A stretch of 63,779 nt of DNA, counting the filler, from Guillardia theta CCMP2712 (Eukaryota; Protista; Cryptophyta): assembly GCF_000315625.1 (NCBI RefSeq). It is 4 parts of 4 records of this genome, joined end to end, with 100 filler letters (N's around TTAATTAATTAA, not from the genome) between each part and the next. Parts side by side here need not be neighbours in the genome. Positions count along the whole stretch, not along the records: positions 24,195 to 56,029 come from NW_005434556.1; positions 56,130 to 63,779 come from NW_005434526.1; 2 more parts are not named here. The stretch is one strand, 5' to 3'. The translations under genes and the position numbers were made by a program. Shown here in pieces: positions 45,597 to 57,823 of this stretch. Positions within the stretch are counted from its first letter, which is position 1. Each line of letters starts with the position of its first letter. A model generated the notes under the pieces. It saw only the letters and a program-made list of their open reading frames with translations. It was not told the origin of the DNA and searched no databases.

Positions 45597-47765
45597 GATG
45601 ATGGAGATGATGATGATGATGATTGAGATGATGATGTGTGATGATGATTACAATGCTGACGATGGGAGCAGCAATCTGAAGAGAGAATCTCCCACACTTT
45701 GAAGGAACTACGTCAGGTACATGTCGTGTCGAGACTGATGTGCTCGTGGCCGCACTAGCTGAACCACAGACAACAGAGCGAGAAGAAGATGTCTTCTTAC
45801 ACAAAGCACAACTCTCATCTTCGAGGTGAGGAGAGAGAGAGAGAGGTCAGGAGGATCGTGATGGATGACGACCACCATCACAGACGAGATCTCGTGTTTG
45901 ACGCGTGCTCTCCATGTGCTGACGACATTGCAGCTCGGTGAGGAGGAGGGGAGAAACCCTGGGGGAGGCAGAGAAGGAGAGGTAGAAGAAGGGCCAAGGT
46001 TTGAAACCTGTCTGCAGATGTCGACGAGCAGATTTCAAAGCTTGAGGGGATGATTGTGAAACAGGCAATTGAAGAACGTCTACGTGAGATGTAGTAGATG
46101 TCTTGGTGAGAGCTGATAGTTGTCTGCAGTCTTACCATCAGGCGAAATATCAGACCTCGTCCGTGAATATCACTTGNNNNNNNNNNNNNNNNNNNNNNNN
46201 NNNNNNNNNNNNNNNNNNNNNNNNNNNNNNNNNNNNNNNNNNNNNNNNNNNNNNNNNNNNNNNNNNNNNNNNNNNNTCCTCCTCCTTCTGTTCCCTTGGT
46301 CTCTGCATTTGCATCTCGCTACTGCTGCTCGATTCCTGCTGGGTGCTGGTGTTATCTCTATTTCTCTCACCTCCTGCTTCTGCTGGACGTAGCTGCTCCT
46401 GCTCCCTTACGTGCTCCTCTCCTTCTCTCCTCCTACTCCTCATTTGTGTCCCTCCTCCCTCCTCCCTCCTCCCTCCTCCCTCCTCCCTCCTCCCTCCNNN
46501 NNNNNNNNNNNNNNNNNNNNNNNNNNNNNNNNNNNNNNNNNNNNNNNNNNNNNNNNNNNNNNNNNNNNNNNNNNNNNNNNNNNNNNNNNNNNNNNNNTCC
46601 CCCTCCCTCCTCTCCTCCCTCCTCCCCCTGCTCTTCCCCCCCTTCCTCTGTCTGCCTCACCTGCTTCTTCAGCTCCTCTCGTCCTGTCGCTCACCTCCTC
46701 CTCCTCGCAGGCGCGCGACAACGTCTTCGAGATCTGCCTGCCCTCGAGCTCGCAGAGGTCCGACGGCTCTGCCGTCCTGCAAGAGCTGACGGGGCCGGGC
46801 GGGAGCAGGTTGAAGGAGCTGGAGGAGAAGCTGGAGGCGAGGCAGCAGCGGAATGAAGTGATGGAGGAGGTGCGATGAGGGGGAGGAGCTGCTGACGTCA
46901 GTGACGGTTGCGCTGCAGAAGGTGAACGTGGTGAAGAGTCTGGTGAGGAGAGGAGGGAGGGGAGGGGAGGGGAAAGGAGGGAGCAAGGAGAGGGGGATAG
47001 GAGGAGGAAGAGGAGGAGATTGGGAAGGGAAGAGAGGAGAGAGGAGAGAGGAAGAGGAGAGGAGGGCATGAGAGGAGCAAGGAGAACGGGAAGGCAGAGA
47101 CGTGGGTGTAGGAAAAGGAGGAGAGAGGAGGAGAGAGGAGGAGAGAGGAGAGAGGATTAGAAGAATCAGAGCAGGAGGAGAGAGGGGAGGAGGACAGAGG
47201 AGTAGAAGAATCAGAGCAGGAGGAGAGGGTTTCTTTTTGACTTCATTTTACTTTCTCTCACGGTCGTTTGTCAGGAGTCTGCGCTACAACGAGCTGCTAG
47301 TCGAATCTACACCCTCGAGATGGAGGTGAAGAAGAAAAGATGCGAGGAGGAGCGAGAGAAACAAGGAAAGACAGAGAGCAGGAAGAACCTTAGAGCCGAG
47401 GAGGGGTACGCTCTGCAGGATGGAGGGCGGAGGGGTACGTTCTGCAGGCTGGAGGGAGGAGGGGTAGGTTCTGAGGTGGAGGGAGGAGGGGACATTCTGC
47501 AGGCTGGAGGGAGGAGGGTACGTTCTGCAGGCTGGAGGGAGGAGGGGTAGGTTCTGCAGGCTGGAGGGAGGAGGGGTAGGTTCTGCAGGCTGGAGGGAGG
47601 AGGGGTACGTTCTGCAGGCTGGAGGGAGGAGGGGTACGTTCTGCAGGCTGGAGGGAGGAGGGGTAGGTTCTGCAGGCTGGAGGGAGGAGGGGTAGGTTCT
47701 GCAGGCTGGAGGACCTGGATGTATGAGTCTTCTATGGTTAGAAAACAAGAGTGATCAGCAAATGA
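45597..47765 (+). pseudogene. 3' half of a coiled-coil gene copy
   Basis: Near-identical to ~32570-34501 with small deletions (e.g. near 46068). Contains two N gaps. Confidence 0.75.
47395..47712. repeat. ~29-bp G-rich minisatellite (~11 copies)
   Basis: Same unit as 34215-34450. Confidence 0.9.
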
Positions 47766-48967
47766 AAGGAGCCAGACAATAGAGGATCAGCAGGACGAGG
47801 AGCAGGAGGATCGAGAGGAGCGGCAGGACGAGGAGCAGGGAGGGAGGGAGGAGCAGGCAGCAGCAGCAGGGAGTCCTTGGATTCCTTTCAGCTTGTCTGA
47901 CCGCAATCTGACTTGTCATTCAGATTGCTGACCTGCGATCTCAACATTGCAGATGAAATCTACAAGTCAGCAACCTCTGATGCTATAGAGTGTAAATATA
48001 CTGAACAATGCTGCTGCTGCTGCTGCTGCTACTTGAATCTTTCAGGACACCCTGCGCAACCTTCCCATCGTCGGCCTCATCCTTCTTGCCACCATCAATG
48101 ATCATCAATCATCATCATCATCATCATCATCGTCATCGTCATCGTCATCATCATCATCATCACCGTCATCATCTTTCCATCTTTTCTTCGCTCCTTGTTG
48201 CTGCTTGTTGTCCTTGACACGTGAAGTGACATGACAAGGGTCAATCACATGCGATGAAGACGCGAGATAGTCGCGCGGACGAGGACAAGGCTCTTTCTTC
48301 TCTTGCTGATCTCCATCGCATCTCGTCCTCTCCTCTCCTTCACTTGGATCATCCGCACTGTCCTCCCCATCAAACTGGCGGATCTATAACTCAACGCAAA
48401 GAACAGAAAGAGAAGCAGACATTGAAGCAATTGCAGCAGACCAAGAATCGTAGGAACCGGGAAACACTAAGACAAAACAAAAGAAGCACCAAATGCAGTA
48501 AACGCCCTTCCCCGCACAGCTGAGGTGCGGGAATGTTTCATCAACACTCCACAAAGTTTCGCACCTCAGCTCAACGTTGGATCCATGACTTGAATGGTGA
48601 CACTCTTGTAGGGACTTACATCGCATTCGTTGGCTACTCTTGTATGGCATACCCTTGCTGCAGCCCTTCAGCCAGGATATCGTGACGTGCCGAACTTCGT
48701 CAATTCATGACTGTAAGAAAATGCACCTAACAATGTTTCATATGATTGTATGGGTGATGCGTGCTGCCTTCAACCAACCAAGAGTATCTGCGAAATCAAC
48801 AGTCCATGCACATGAAGTTTATTTAACGATTCAGGAGATCAGGGTAAAGATGCTTGCCTCACAAACCTAAAATAAGGTGGACTAAAGTTAACACAGAATT
48901 CTCGTATCATTCGCTCCCACCAGCACACAAATTGAGATTTCTGCTCATCTTGTCTTCGCTGCAGACC

Positions 48968-51900
48968 TCAAGACACTGAAACATTGAAATCGTGAATCTT
49001 TTCTAGAACAATCTTGCCCTTCTCTTGTATGATGGTATTCTGCTTGAAGCTGTTCATGGCATCGGAAACAAGATCTCTCACACGAGACTCCATCAGCCGC
49101 CTCTGCATGAACAATGTCAGACTAAACTCAAGGATATAAAAATAAACGACCTTTCCAATTGCATTTACATCCAACAGTGCTAGAAATGATACAGCCTCAG
49201 CAAATATATCCGGACTGGCGGGATGCTTGCGCATGGCTGCGAGCACGGCCTCGATGCCCCCCAGCCCCGCCATCTTGACACGATTGTCGTCGTTGACAGC
49301 CAGGCTCCACAGCGCCCCGCACGCGTGCTGCTGTACATCCTGGCTGGCGGGATGTGCGCGCATGGCTGCGAGCACGGCCTCGATGCCCCCCAGCCCCGCG
49401 ATCTTGACCTTGTTGTCGTCGTTGGCAGCCAGGCTCCCCAGCGCCCCGCACGCGTGCTGCTGTACATCCTGGCTGGCGGGATGTGCGCGCATGGCTGCGA
49501 GCACGGCCTCGATGCCCCCCAGCCCCGCCATCTTGACCTCATTATCGGCGTTGACAGCCAGGCTCCACAGCGCCCCGCACGCCAGCTGCTGTACATCCTG
49601 GCTGGCGGGATGTGCGCGCATGGCTGCGAGCACGGCCTCGATGCCCCCGAGCCCCGCGATCTTGACCTTGTTGTCGGCGTTGACAGCAAAGTTGATCAGC
49701 GCTTTGCAAGCCCGCTCCTGTACAGGCTGGCTGGCGGGATGTGCACGCATGGCTGCGAGCACGGCCTCGATGCCCCCCAGCCCCGCCATCTTGACCTTGT
49801 TGTTGGCGTTGACAGCTAGGCTTGTCAGTGCCCCGCACGCCAGCTGCTGTACATCCTGGCTGGCGGGATGTGCGCGCATGGCTGCGAGCACGGCCTCGAT
49901 GCCCCCGAGCCCCGCGATCTTGACCTCATTGTCGGCGTTGACAGCCAAGTTGATCAGCGCTTTGCAAGCCCGCTCCTGTACAGGCTGGCTGGCGGGATGT
50001 GCACGCATGGCTGCGAGCACGGCCTCGATGCCCCCCAGCCCCGCCATCTTGACCTTGTTGTTGGCGTTGACAGCTAGGCTTGTCAGTGCCCCGCACGCGT
50101 GCTGCTGTACATCCTGGCTGGCGGGATGTGCGCGCATGGCTGCGAGCACGGCCTCGATGCCCCCGAGCCCCGCGATCTTGACCTTGTTGTCGGCGTTGAC
50201 AGCCAGGTTCCACAGCGCTCTGCACGCCTGCTGCTGTACATCCTGGCTGGCGGGATGTGCGCGCATGGCTGCGAGCACGGCCTCGATGCCCCCGAGCCCC
50301 GCGATCTTGACCTGGTCGTCGGCGTTGACAGCCAGGCTCCACAGCGCCCCGCACGCGTGCTGCTGTACATCCTGGCTGGCGGGATGTGCGCGCATGGCTG
50401 CGAGCACGGCCTCGATGCCCCCGAGCCCCGCGATCTTGACCTCATTATCGTCGTTGCCAGCCAGGTTCCCCAGCGCCCCGCACGCGTGCCGCTGTACATC
50501 CTGGCTGGCGGGATGTGCTTGCATGGCTGCGAGCACGGCCTCGATGCCCCCGAGCCCCGCGATCTTGACCTCATTGTCGGCGTTGACAGCCAGGCTCCAC
50601 AGCGCCCCGCACGCGTGCTGCTGTACATCCTGGCTGGCGGGATGTGCGCGCATGGCTGCGAGCACGGCCTCGATGCCCCCGAGCCCCGCGATCTTGACCT
50701 TGTTGTCGGCGTTGACAGCCAGGTTCCCCAGCGCCCCGCACGCGTGCTGCTGTACATCCTGGCTGGCGGGATGTGCGCGCATGGCTGCGAGCACGGCCTC
50801 GATGCCCCCGAGCCCCGCGATCTTGACCTCATTATCGTCGTTGACAGCCAGGTTCCATAGCGCCCCGCACGCCTCCTGCTGTACATCCTGGCTGGCGGGA
50901 TGTGCACGCATGGCTGCGAGCACGGCCTCGATCCCTTTGTGTTTTGCAATTTGATCTCTTGATTTGATGTTTGACTTTGCCAGTTCTCCCAGTATTTTGC
51001 ATGCATTTATCTGTATATTCTCATTCAATGGATGTTCCTTCACATTCTTCCTTTCCATTGCTCTTATGACAAGCTCTATTCCTATCCGTTGCATCTTGCC
51101 CTTGTTTCCAGGTCTTTGCAGCTCCTTCAAGATTCTCACGATCTCCTCTGCGCTGCTCGCTTGCTCCAGTTGGTCTATCACGTGCTGTCTTGCCATGGAG
51201 CTGCTCGAGGTCTGGTTGGATGGCGACACATGGCTGGATTTCTCTTCTGAGCTTTTCGATTCTTGACCACCACCAGCACCAGAGTCTGACTTGTTTGCCT
51301 GAAGCTCCTTCTTCCGAGCTATTCCAACATCGCCTGAGTCAGCTCCCAGCTTCTCCATACTTGCCTCTGTTGGCGCTACAGCATTCCTACCAGCCTCGCA
51401 AGCTGCTGCATCGATTTTGCGACCGTCTTGATCTTCATCATGAGGTTCAAGTCCTCCTGTCTTGACTTTCTTTCGCTGAGGTCCCTCATCTCCTGGTGGT
51501 CGATCGTGAGTGTCTTCCCGTCTGCTCCATGTGATCACATCGCTCGACACCCGAGCCAGCAGGTGACTCCCAGGGCATGCAAACCGAGACAGGTCCTTGA
51601 CATTCGCATGCAGCGAGAGGTTCCAACCCATCCAGAAGTACAGCTTCTTGGTGAACTTGATCGCGTCCTCGTCTGCTACTGCTGCCTCGTGCCCGATCAC
51701 AAAGTCCACATGCTTGATCAGCTCCTGCGCTACGATACCCGACCAGCACAAGTTGAGCACCACCAGACGCAGCTTCTTGCTCCCCTTGACCACGTGACTC
51801 AGAGACCTTGCAAGCTGCTCTGCGGAGATGCTCTTGCCTCCTATCTCGATGTTGCCGCTCTTGGTGCCATGGCAGGCCAGGTGGAGGATGACGGGCTGAT

Positions 51901-52186
51901 GATTGCCAATCTCACACATGAGGTCTCCGAAGTCCCGGTAGAAGCTCGACTCAAAGCTCACGCTCTCAGCAAACTTGATGAACGCCGCGTCGCCTTTGGC
52001 GCGAGCTCCTTTCATGAACTCCTCTCTGATCTCCTCAACATCCAAGTCGCTGCGCTCCTTCGCGTCGGCGAAGAAGAGGACCTTGTAAGGGAGGTCGGAT
52101 GAGAAGAGAGGGTCGTTGGTATCGTCTGCTGCATGGTCGAGCTGCTGGTCGATGCAGCAGACGCAGATCTTGCCAGCCTCAGCCAT
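48968..52186 (-). CDS. CHAT protease-armadillo repeat protein, copy 3 (13 full repeats plus terminal repeat)
   Basis: Same CHAT dyad and ARM repeats. The likely start is MAEAGKICVCC at 52186; the ORF is open to 52369. Confidence 0.9.
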   Translation of the reverse strand: MAEAGKICVCCIDQQLDHAADDTNDPLFSSDLPYKVLFFADAKERSDLDVEEIREEFMKGARAKGDAAFIKFAESVSFESSFYRDFGDLMCEIGNHQPVILHLACHGTKSGNIEIGGKSISAEQLARSLSHVVKGSKKLRLVVLNLCWSGIVAQELIKHVDFVIGHEAAVADEDAIKFTKKLYFWMGWNLSLHANVKDLSRFACPGSHLLARVSSDVITWSRREDTHDRPPGDEGPQRKKVKTGGLEPHDEDQDGRKIDAAACEAGRNAVAPTEASMEKLGADSGDVGIARKKELQANKSDSGAGGGQESKSSEEKSSHVSPSNQTSSSSMARQHVIDQLEQASSAEEIVRILKELQRPGNKGKMQRIGIELVIRAMERKNVKEHPLNENIQINACKILGELAKSNIKSRDQIAKHKGIEAVLAAMRAHPASQDVQQEACGALWNLAVNDDNEVKIAGLGGIEAVLAAMRAHPASQDVQQHACGALGNLAVNADNKVKIAGLGGIEAVLAAMRAHPASQDVQQHACGALWSLAVNADNEVKIAGLGGIEAVLAAMQAHPASQDVQRHACGALGNLAGNDDNEVKIAGLGGIEAVLAAMRAHPASQDVQQHACGALWSLAVNADDQVKIAGLGGIEAVLAAMRAHPASQDVQQQACRALWNLAVNADNKVKIAGLGGIEAVLAAMRAHPASQDVQQHACGALTSLAVNANNKVKMAGLGGIEAVLAAMRAHPASQPVQERACKALINLAVNADNEVKIAGLGGIEAVLAAMRAHPASQDVQQLACGALTSLAVNANNKVKMAGLGGIEAVLAAMRAHPASQPVQERACKALINFAVNADNKVKIAGLGGIEAVLAAMRAHPASQDVQQLACGALWSLAVNADNEVKMAGLGGIEAVLAAMRAHPASQDVQQHACGALGSLAANDDNKVKIAGLGGIEAVLAAMRAHPASQDVQQHACGALWSLAVNDDNRVKMAGLGGIEAVLAAMRKHPASPDIFAEAVSFLALLDVNAIGKVVYFYILEFSLTLFMQRRLMESRVRDLVSDAMNSFKQNTIIQEKGKIVLEKIHDFNVSVS

Positions 52187-52513
52187 TCGCAGTAGCTGAC
52201 GGCTCGTGACAGGTGTCTCGTTAAAATCTTGCGGTGGTTTGAAATTCTTCTTGGATCTGGCAACGTACCTTGATTTTGTGACCGGTACTTTAGACGAGGT
52301 TTCGCTGATTAGACCACCGGTACATGAGACTGCTGTCCTGATTTCGTGACTTGATTTGGCTTTCAACATTAGGGGAGCATGAAATCATTTCTCAGCACCT
52401 TTTATGTGAATATTTGAAGTGCTTGGAGGGAGATTGAAATTGGAAGGTCGCATTTGACCGTGGCAACCTACAGTCCTTTTTCCCGGTTTGTTGACCGAAA
52501 AAGAAATAGTTAT

Positions 52514-52665
52514 GTTTTATTGACTGAAAAGAAAAAGAAAGGCAAACGGCAAAGGAGGATGAGAATAAATCCAACAAACCCGCCTCAACAAAAGACTAGG
52601 AACGGAGGAGGCAGCAAAATGCGCTGCTCCAACCACGCAAGCGATGACAGGCACGACAAGCGGCT
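52514..52665 (-). mobile_element. Short inverted 3'-UTR fragment of the same non-LTR family as 29399-30243
   Basis: The reverse complement matches CTTGTCGTGC...GTGGTTGGAG...TTGAGGCGGGTTTG...TTCAGTCAATAAA with substitutions. Confidence 0.75.
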
Positions 52666-52837
52666 GTCAGGTTCAACTGTCTGCGATGATGGGAGACGAA
52701 GCTACTTGAGGCAGGAGGGAGAGATGAAGAGGAGAAGACAGGCAGAAGACAAGACGACGACCGTAGGGGAGGAAAGAAAGCATGATAGAGCGCGCACCTG
52801 TCTAGATGATCTTGTGAGAGCTGAGAGAGGCTGCTAG

Positions 52838-53694
52838 ATGAACGAGTCGAGAGCCGCTCGATATCCACCAGAGAGAAGAGTAGCGATGAGAGGAAACAAC
52901 TCCCTCGACCGGTGAGCTCCTTGCCATCGTCTCATCTGCTGCTCACGTCTCCCAAGCAGCTCCCGCATGTCCTATGACTGTGTGACGGACAAGAGAAGAG
53001 CAAAGGCAAGCTGCCTCTCCAAGGTGACGCCTGCTCGCCCTCTCTTGGTGCTGCTGACGCACAAGCATCGCGAGCAGACGATCTCTGCGGTCCTCGCGAC
53101 CGAGCAGGAGTCATGGTGGATGTCGAGGATACGCGAGATGTCGTGCAAGGATCTCAAGAGCATGGTCAGGATCTCAGCGCTAGAGCAACAGGTGACGAGG
53201 TCGACGGCTGTGGCGGAGACGATGCTGAGGGAGGTGCTGCAGCTTGTGGGCGAGCAGACCAAGATGAAGATGCTGGAAGAGAAGCTGAGGTGCGACNNNN
53301 NNNNNNNNNNNNNNNNNNNNNNNNNNNNNNNNNNNNNNNNNNNNNNNNNNNNNNNNNNNNNNNNNNNNNNNNNNNNNNNNNNNNNNNNNNNNNNNNGAGC
53401 TGACATGGCTGTACAGGTCTGCAGGCCTGCAGGCAGAGGAGAACAAGTCGTTTGACATGACTCAAGTGCTGAAGATGCAGGAGGAGTGAGTTGGTGGCGG
53501 CAGGGGGGATAAGCTTGTGATGGCGAGGAATGATCAGCCGTCACAAGCAAGAGATGAAGAGGCTGCGAGAAGAGTCGCAAGGCCGCGTCGCTTGTCTCAA
53601 GGCGAGTCTGCGCTCCTTCCGTGCTGTGCGGCGACTTAGCTGGAGGAGGACGAGAGGGAGGAGATAGGCAGGAGATGATTATGATGATGATGAT

Positions 53695-53743
<49 letters not shown>

Positions 53744-56029
53744 TGGAGAAGCAGGAGGAGGAGCAGTTGGTGGATGCTTGTAGAGCTGGTGACATGCTGG
53801 AGCAGAGCAAGCTGAGGGAGGTGAAGGCTTCAAACGAGTCGATGCAGCAGGAGATCGAGCGACTGAAAGGTCTCGAGCTCGAGCTCGAGCAGCAGACGTC
53901 AAGGTGCGATCGATTGCCGTTGCAGCCGTTAGTTCGAGGTTACGGCTGCAACAGAGGCGACGGGCTGGAAGAAGACAAGACAAGGCTGAATGGGAGGCTG
54001 GAGGAGATGGAGGGAGAGATGGAGAGCAGGAGGCAGATAGAAACGCAGCAAGGAGAGCAGATCGCAAGAGCTCTTCACGACCTCAACGTGACTTGACAAG
54101 TACACCGCACACCCGAGCTGACATGAGCGCGTCAGCTCTGCCGTCAGCAGGTCGAGGACCTGAGGAGCTCAAGCTTGTTGCATGTGATACCTCATACTGC
54201 CTGTCTTGCTGGGCGAGATGCGCGTGTGAAGTTGCGTGTCTGCAAGGAACAAAAGCTGGAGGAAGCGGAAGAAGCGATGAAGGAGGTCGAGCACAAGCTA
54301 CAAACATCAGAGAGCATGCGGGTGAGGTGGAGGAGAGGTGAAGGGTGCGGAGGATGAGACGAGGGTGTTGTTGGTGTGCAGGAGGTCAACGTAGAGGAGC
54401 TGGAGAAGGCGCGACAAGACAACCAGGTCTTACAGCAGAAGAATGAGATCTTGAGCAACGTCTTGGAGAGCTTGCAGGAGGATATGCGAGGGCTGCAGGT
54501 CTTGTGCGGGAGGAGAGGACATGTTGTTGTGGTAACGAGAGAGCGAAGGTGGAGTATGCGGAGATGAGGGAAGGGAAAGCTGCTTCAGACGGCAAGATTG
54601 TAGAGCTGGTAGAGTGTTGGGATGAAGAAAGGCTGTGGCGATGAGGGAGTGCTGTCAGATAAGACAGTTTCAACAAGAGAAAGATGAGTATGCTGAGGCG
54701 ATCGAAGAGAGACTGAAGGTGACGTGCAAGGAAGCATGAATGATGATTGTACTGATGGAGATGATGATGATGATGATGATGCAGATTCAGATGACGATTA
54801 TGATAACGATGATGATAAATCACATGATGGTGATGATGATGGAGATGATGATTGAGATGATGATGTGTGATGATGATTACAATGCTGACGATGGGAGCAG
54901 CAATCTGAAGAGAGAATCTCCCAGACTTTGAAGGAACTACGTCAGGTACATGTCGTGTCGAGACTGATATGCTCGTGGCCGCACTAGCTGAACCACAGAC
55001 AACAGAGCGAGAAGAAGATGTCTTCTTACACAAAGCACAACTCTCATCTTCGAGGTGAAGAGAGAGAGAGAGAGGTCAGGAGGATCGCGATGGATGACGA
55101 CTACCATCACAGACGAGATCTCGTGTTTGACGCGTGCTCTCCATGTGCTGACGACATTGCAGCTCGGTGAGGAGGAGGGGAGAAACCCTGGGGGAGGCAG
55201 AGAGGGAGAGGTAGAGGAAGGGTGAAGGTTTGAAACCTGTCTGCAGATGTCGACGAGCAGATTTCAAAGCTTGAGGGGATGATTGTGAAACAGGCAAAGA
55301 TATTCGACATGAGCGGGGGTTGGGGCTTCAAGGCATGACATTGTGAGCAGGAGGGATTGATAGAGAGCTTGAAGAACGTCTACGTGAGATGTAGTAGATG
55401 TCTTGGTGAGAGCTGATAGGTTGTCTTGCAGTCTTACCATCAGGCGAAATATCAGAACCTCGTCCGTGAATATCACTTGCTCTTCAACAGAGTCAGTCGT
55501 CTCCTCCTCCATCCTCCTCCTCCTCCATCCTCCTCCAACCTCCTCCATCCTCCTGCATCCTCCTCCTCCTCCTTCTCCTCCTTCTCTCCTCCTCCTCCTC
55601 CTCCTTCGGTTCCCTTGTTCTCTGCATCTGCATCTCGCTACTGCTGCTCGATTCCTGCTGGGTGCTGGTGTTATCTCTATTTCTCTCACCTCCTGCTTCT
55701 GCTGGACGTAGCTGCTCCTGCTCCCTTACGTGCTCCTCTCCTTCTCTCCTCCTACTCCTCATTTGTGCCCCTCCTCCTCCCTCCTCCCCCTCCTCCCTCC
55801 TCCCTCCTCCCTCCTCCCTCCTCCCTCCTCCCTCCTCCCTCCTCCCTCCTCCCTCCTCCCCCTGCTCTTCCCCCCCTTCCTCTGTCTGCCTCACCTGCAT
55901 CTTCAGCTCCTCTCGTCCTGTCGCTCACCTCCTCCTCCTCGCAGGCGCGCGACAACGTCTTCGAGATCTGCCTGCCCTCGAGCTCGCAGAGGTCCGACGG
56001 CTCTGCCGTCCTGCAGGAGCTGACAGATC
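52838..56029 (+). CDS. Multi-exon coiled-coil protein, divergent partner of CHAT-ARM copy 3 (truncated by the linker)
   Basis: Near-identical exons to 30363-33690. Confidence 0.65.
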
Positions 56030-56129
56030 NNNNNNNNNNNNNNNNNNNNNNNNNNNNNNNNNNNNNNNNNNNNTTAATTAATTAANNNNNNNNNNNNNNN
56101 NNNNNNNNNNNNNNNNNNNNNNNNNNNNN
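56030..56129. other. Artificial contig linker (N44-TTAATTAATTAA-N44)
   Basis: Same structure as the other two linkers. Confidence 0.95.
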
Positions 56130-56172
56130 GCAGTACGGATCGTCATTCTAGAATCATCACCGCACTCCTCTA

Positions 56173-56223
<51 letters not shown>

Positions 56224-56379
56224 TGTCTCCATCATCTCCATCCGCATCTCCATCATCTCCATCGTCATCATTTCCATGATCATCATCTCCATCATCATCA
56301 TCATCATCACAACCACAACCACAACCACAACCACAACCACAACCACAACCACAACCATCATCATCGCTCCCCCGCGTCA

Positions 56380-57133
56380 TACCGAAACATCTTTGCATGG
56401 CTTCGGTCCCAGGATGCAAGCAAGTTCACCCTCGTAGTCCACCTTGACCTCCTCTGCCAGTCATCAGGCAAGTTCAGGAACATGAAACGCAAAAGACAGT
56501 GAGGAGACAAGCAACGGGGCACATCCAATTGCAAAAGAGACGAGAGCATCGCAGGCCTAGGGGATGGCAAGTGATCCGGTCAGACCTGACGGCAGTACGA
56601 TGTCTTCCCCTGTCCCTATCATCGTGTTCAACCCCTTTGCAAAGATGATGGGCTTCGAGGGAACAGGCTTGCCAAGCTCAGAAGCGTGACTGGCATAGTT
56701 CATGCCGACAGCATAGATCTGTGGAGGGACTGAAGAAGACCATTCAAGACAGAAAACACCCCCGCTGCTCGATGCTCCTACCTGCTGCTCCATCCCACGG
56801 CAAACATCCTCTAGGGTATTCTCCAGCAGACGCAACGATGCATGCTGACCGTCGAGGTCGAGGTCTCATCGGCACAGCAGCACGCGGCTCTATGAGCCAT
56901 CCTCCTCGCCCTCCTCTGAACAGGTCCATCCCCCATTTGTTCTTCCACGATAACACGCGAGCAGCATAGGGAGCGACGAAGTTTGCCATGCGTCTATGGC
57001 AGCGCTTGCTTGTAGTCGGCTGAGCTCCTGCAAGTGAGAGGAGGAGACTGAGGGCTACAACGGCGAGCAGGACTAGGACGCGACTTGGAGGACCATGCCT
57101 CGATCTCACACCTGCTCCTGTCCAGCTCTGCAT
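56380..57133 (-). CDS. Fumarylacetoacetate hydrolase (FAH/FAHD) family protein, 5' exons, with signal-peptide-like N-terminus
   Basis: PQIYAVGMNYASHASE...PIIFAK...IGTGEDIVLP, and next exon VDYEGELACILG. Confidence 0.85.
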
Positions 57134-57240
57134 CAACAAGTTCACATCAGGGAACTACACGTTGACCATTGCCTCGACCCTCAAGAAAAAATAAGGTTAT
57201 ACCAGCAAGTCCGCCTCAACCCAAAACTGAGAGCCTTTCA

Positions 57241-57823
57241 GGAGAAGGCAGCGACAATCTCTACTCGACCGTAAGAGGCGGTACAGCTAGGAGAAGGCAG
57301 CGACAATCTCTACTCGACCGTAAGAGGCGGTACAGCTAGGAGAAGGCAGCGACAATCTCTACTCCAACCATAAGAGGCAGTACAGCTAGGAGAAGGCAGC
57401 GACAATCTCTACTCCAACCATAAGAGGCAGTACAGCTAGGAGAAGGCAGCGACAATCTCTACTCCAACCATAAGAGGCAGTACAGCTAGGAGAAGGCAGC
57501 GACAATCTCTACTCCAACCATAAGAGGCAGTACAGCTAGGAGAAGGCAGCGACAATCTCTACTCCAACCATAAGAGGCAGTACAGCTAGGAGAAGGCAGC
57601 GACAATCTCTACTCCAACCATAAGAGGCAGTACAGCTAGGAGAAGGCAGCGACAATCTCTACTCCAACCATAAGAGGCAGTACAGCTAGGAGAAGGCAGC
57701 GACAATCTCTACTCCAACCATAAGAGGCGGTACAGCTAGGAGAAGGCAGCGACAATCTCTACTCCAACCATAAGAGGCAGTACAGCTAGGAGAAGGCAGC
57801 GACAATCTGTACTCCAACCATAA
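57241..57823. repeat. Tandem array of 49/50-bp units (~11.7 copies) GGAGAAGGCAGCGACAATCTCTACTCCAACCATAAGAGGCAGTACAGCTA
   Basis: Head-to-tail units with no spacers. The first two are a 49-bp variant. Confidence 0.97.

Noticed and set aside
57241-57823. Possible CRISPR array
   Set aside because: The units are head-to-tail with no unique spacers, there are no cas genes, and the context is eukaryotic.
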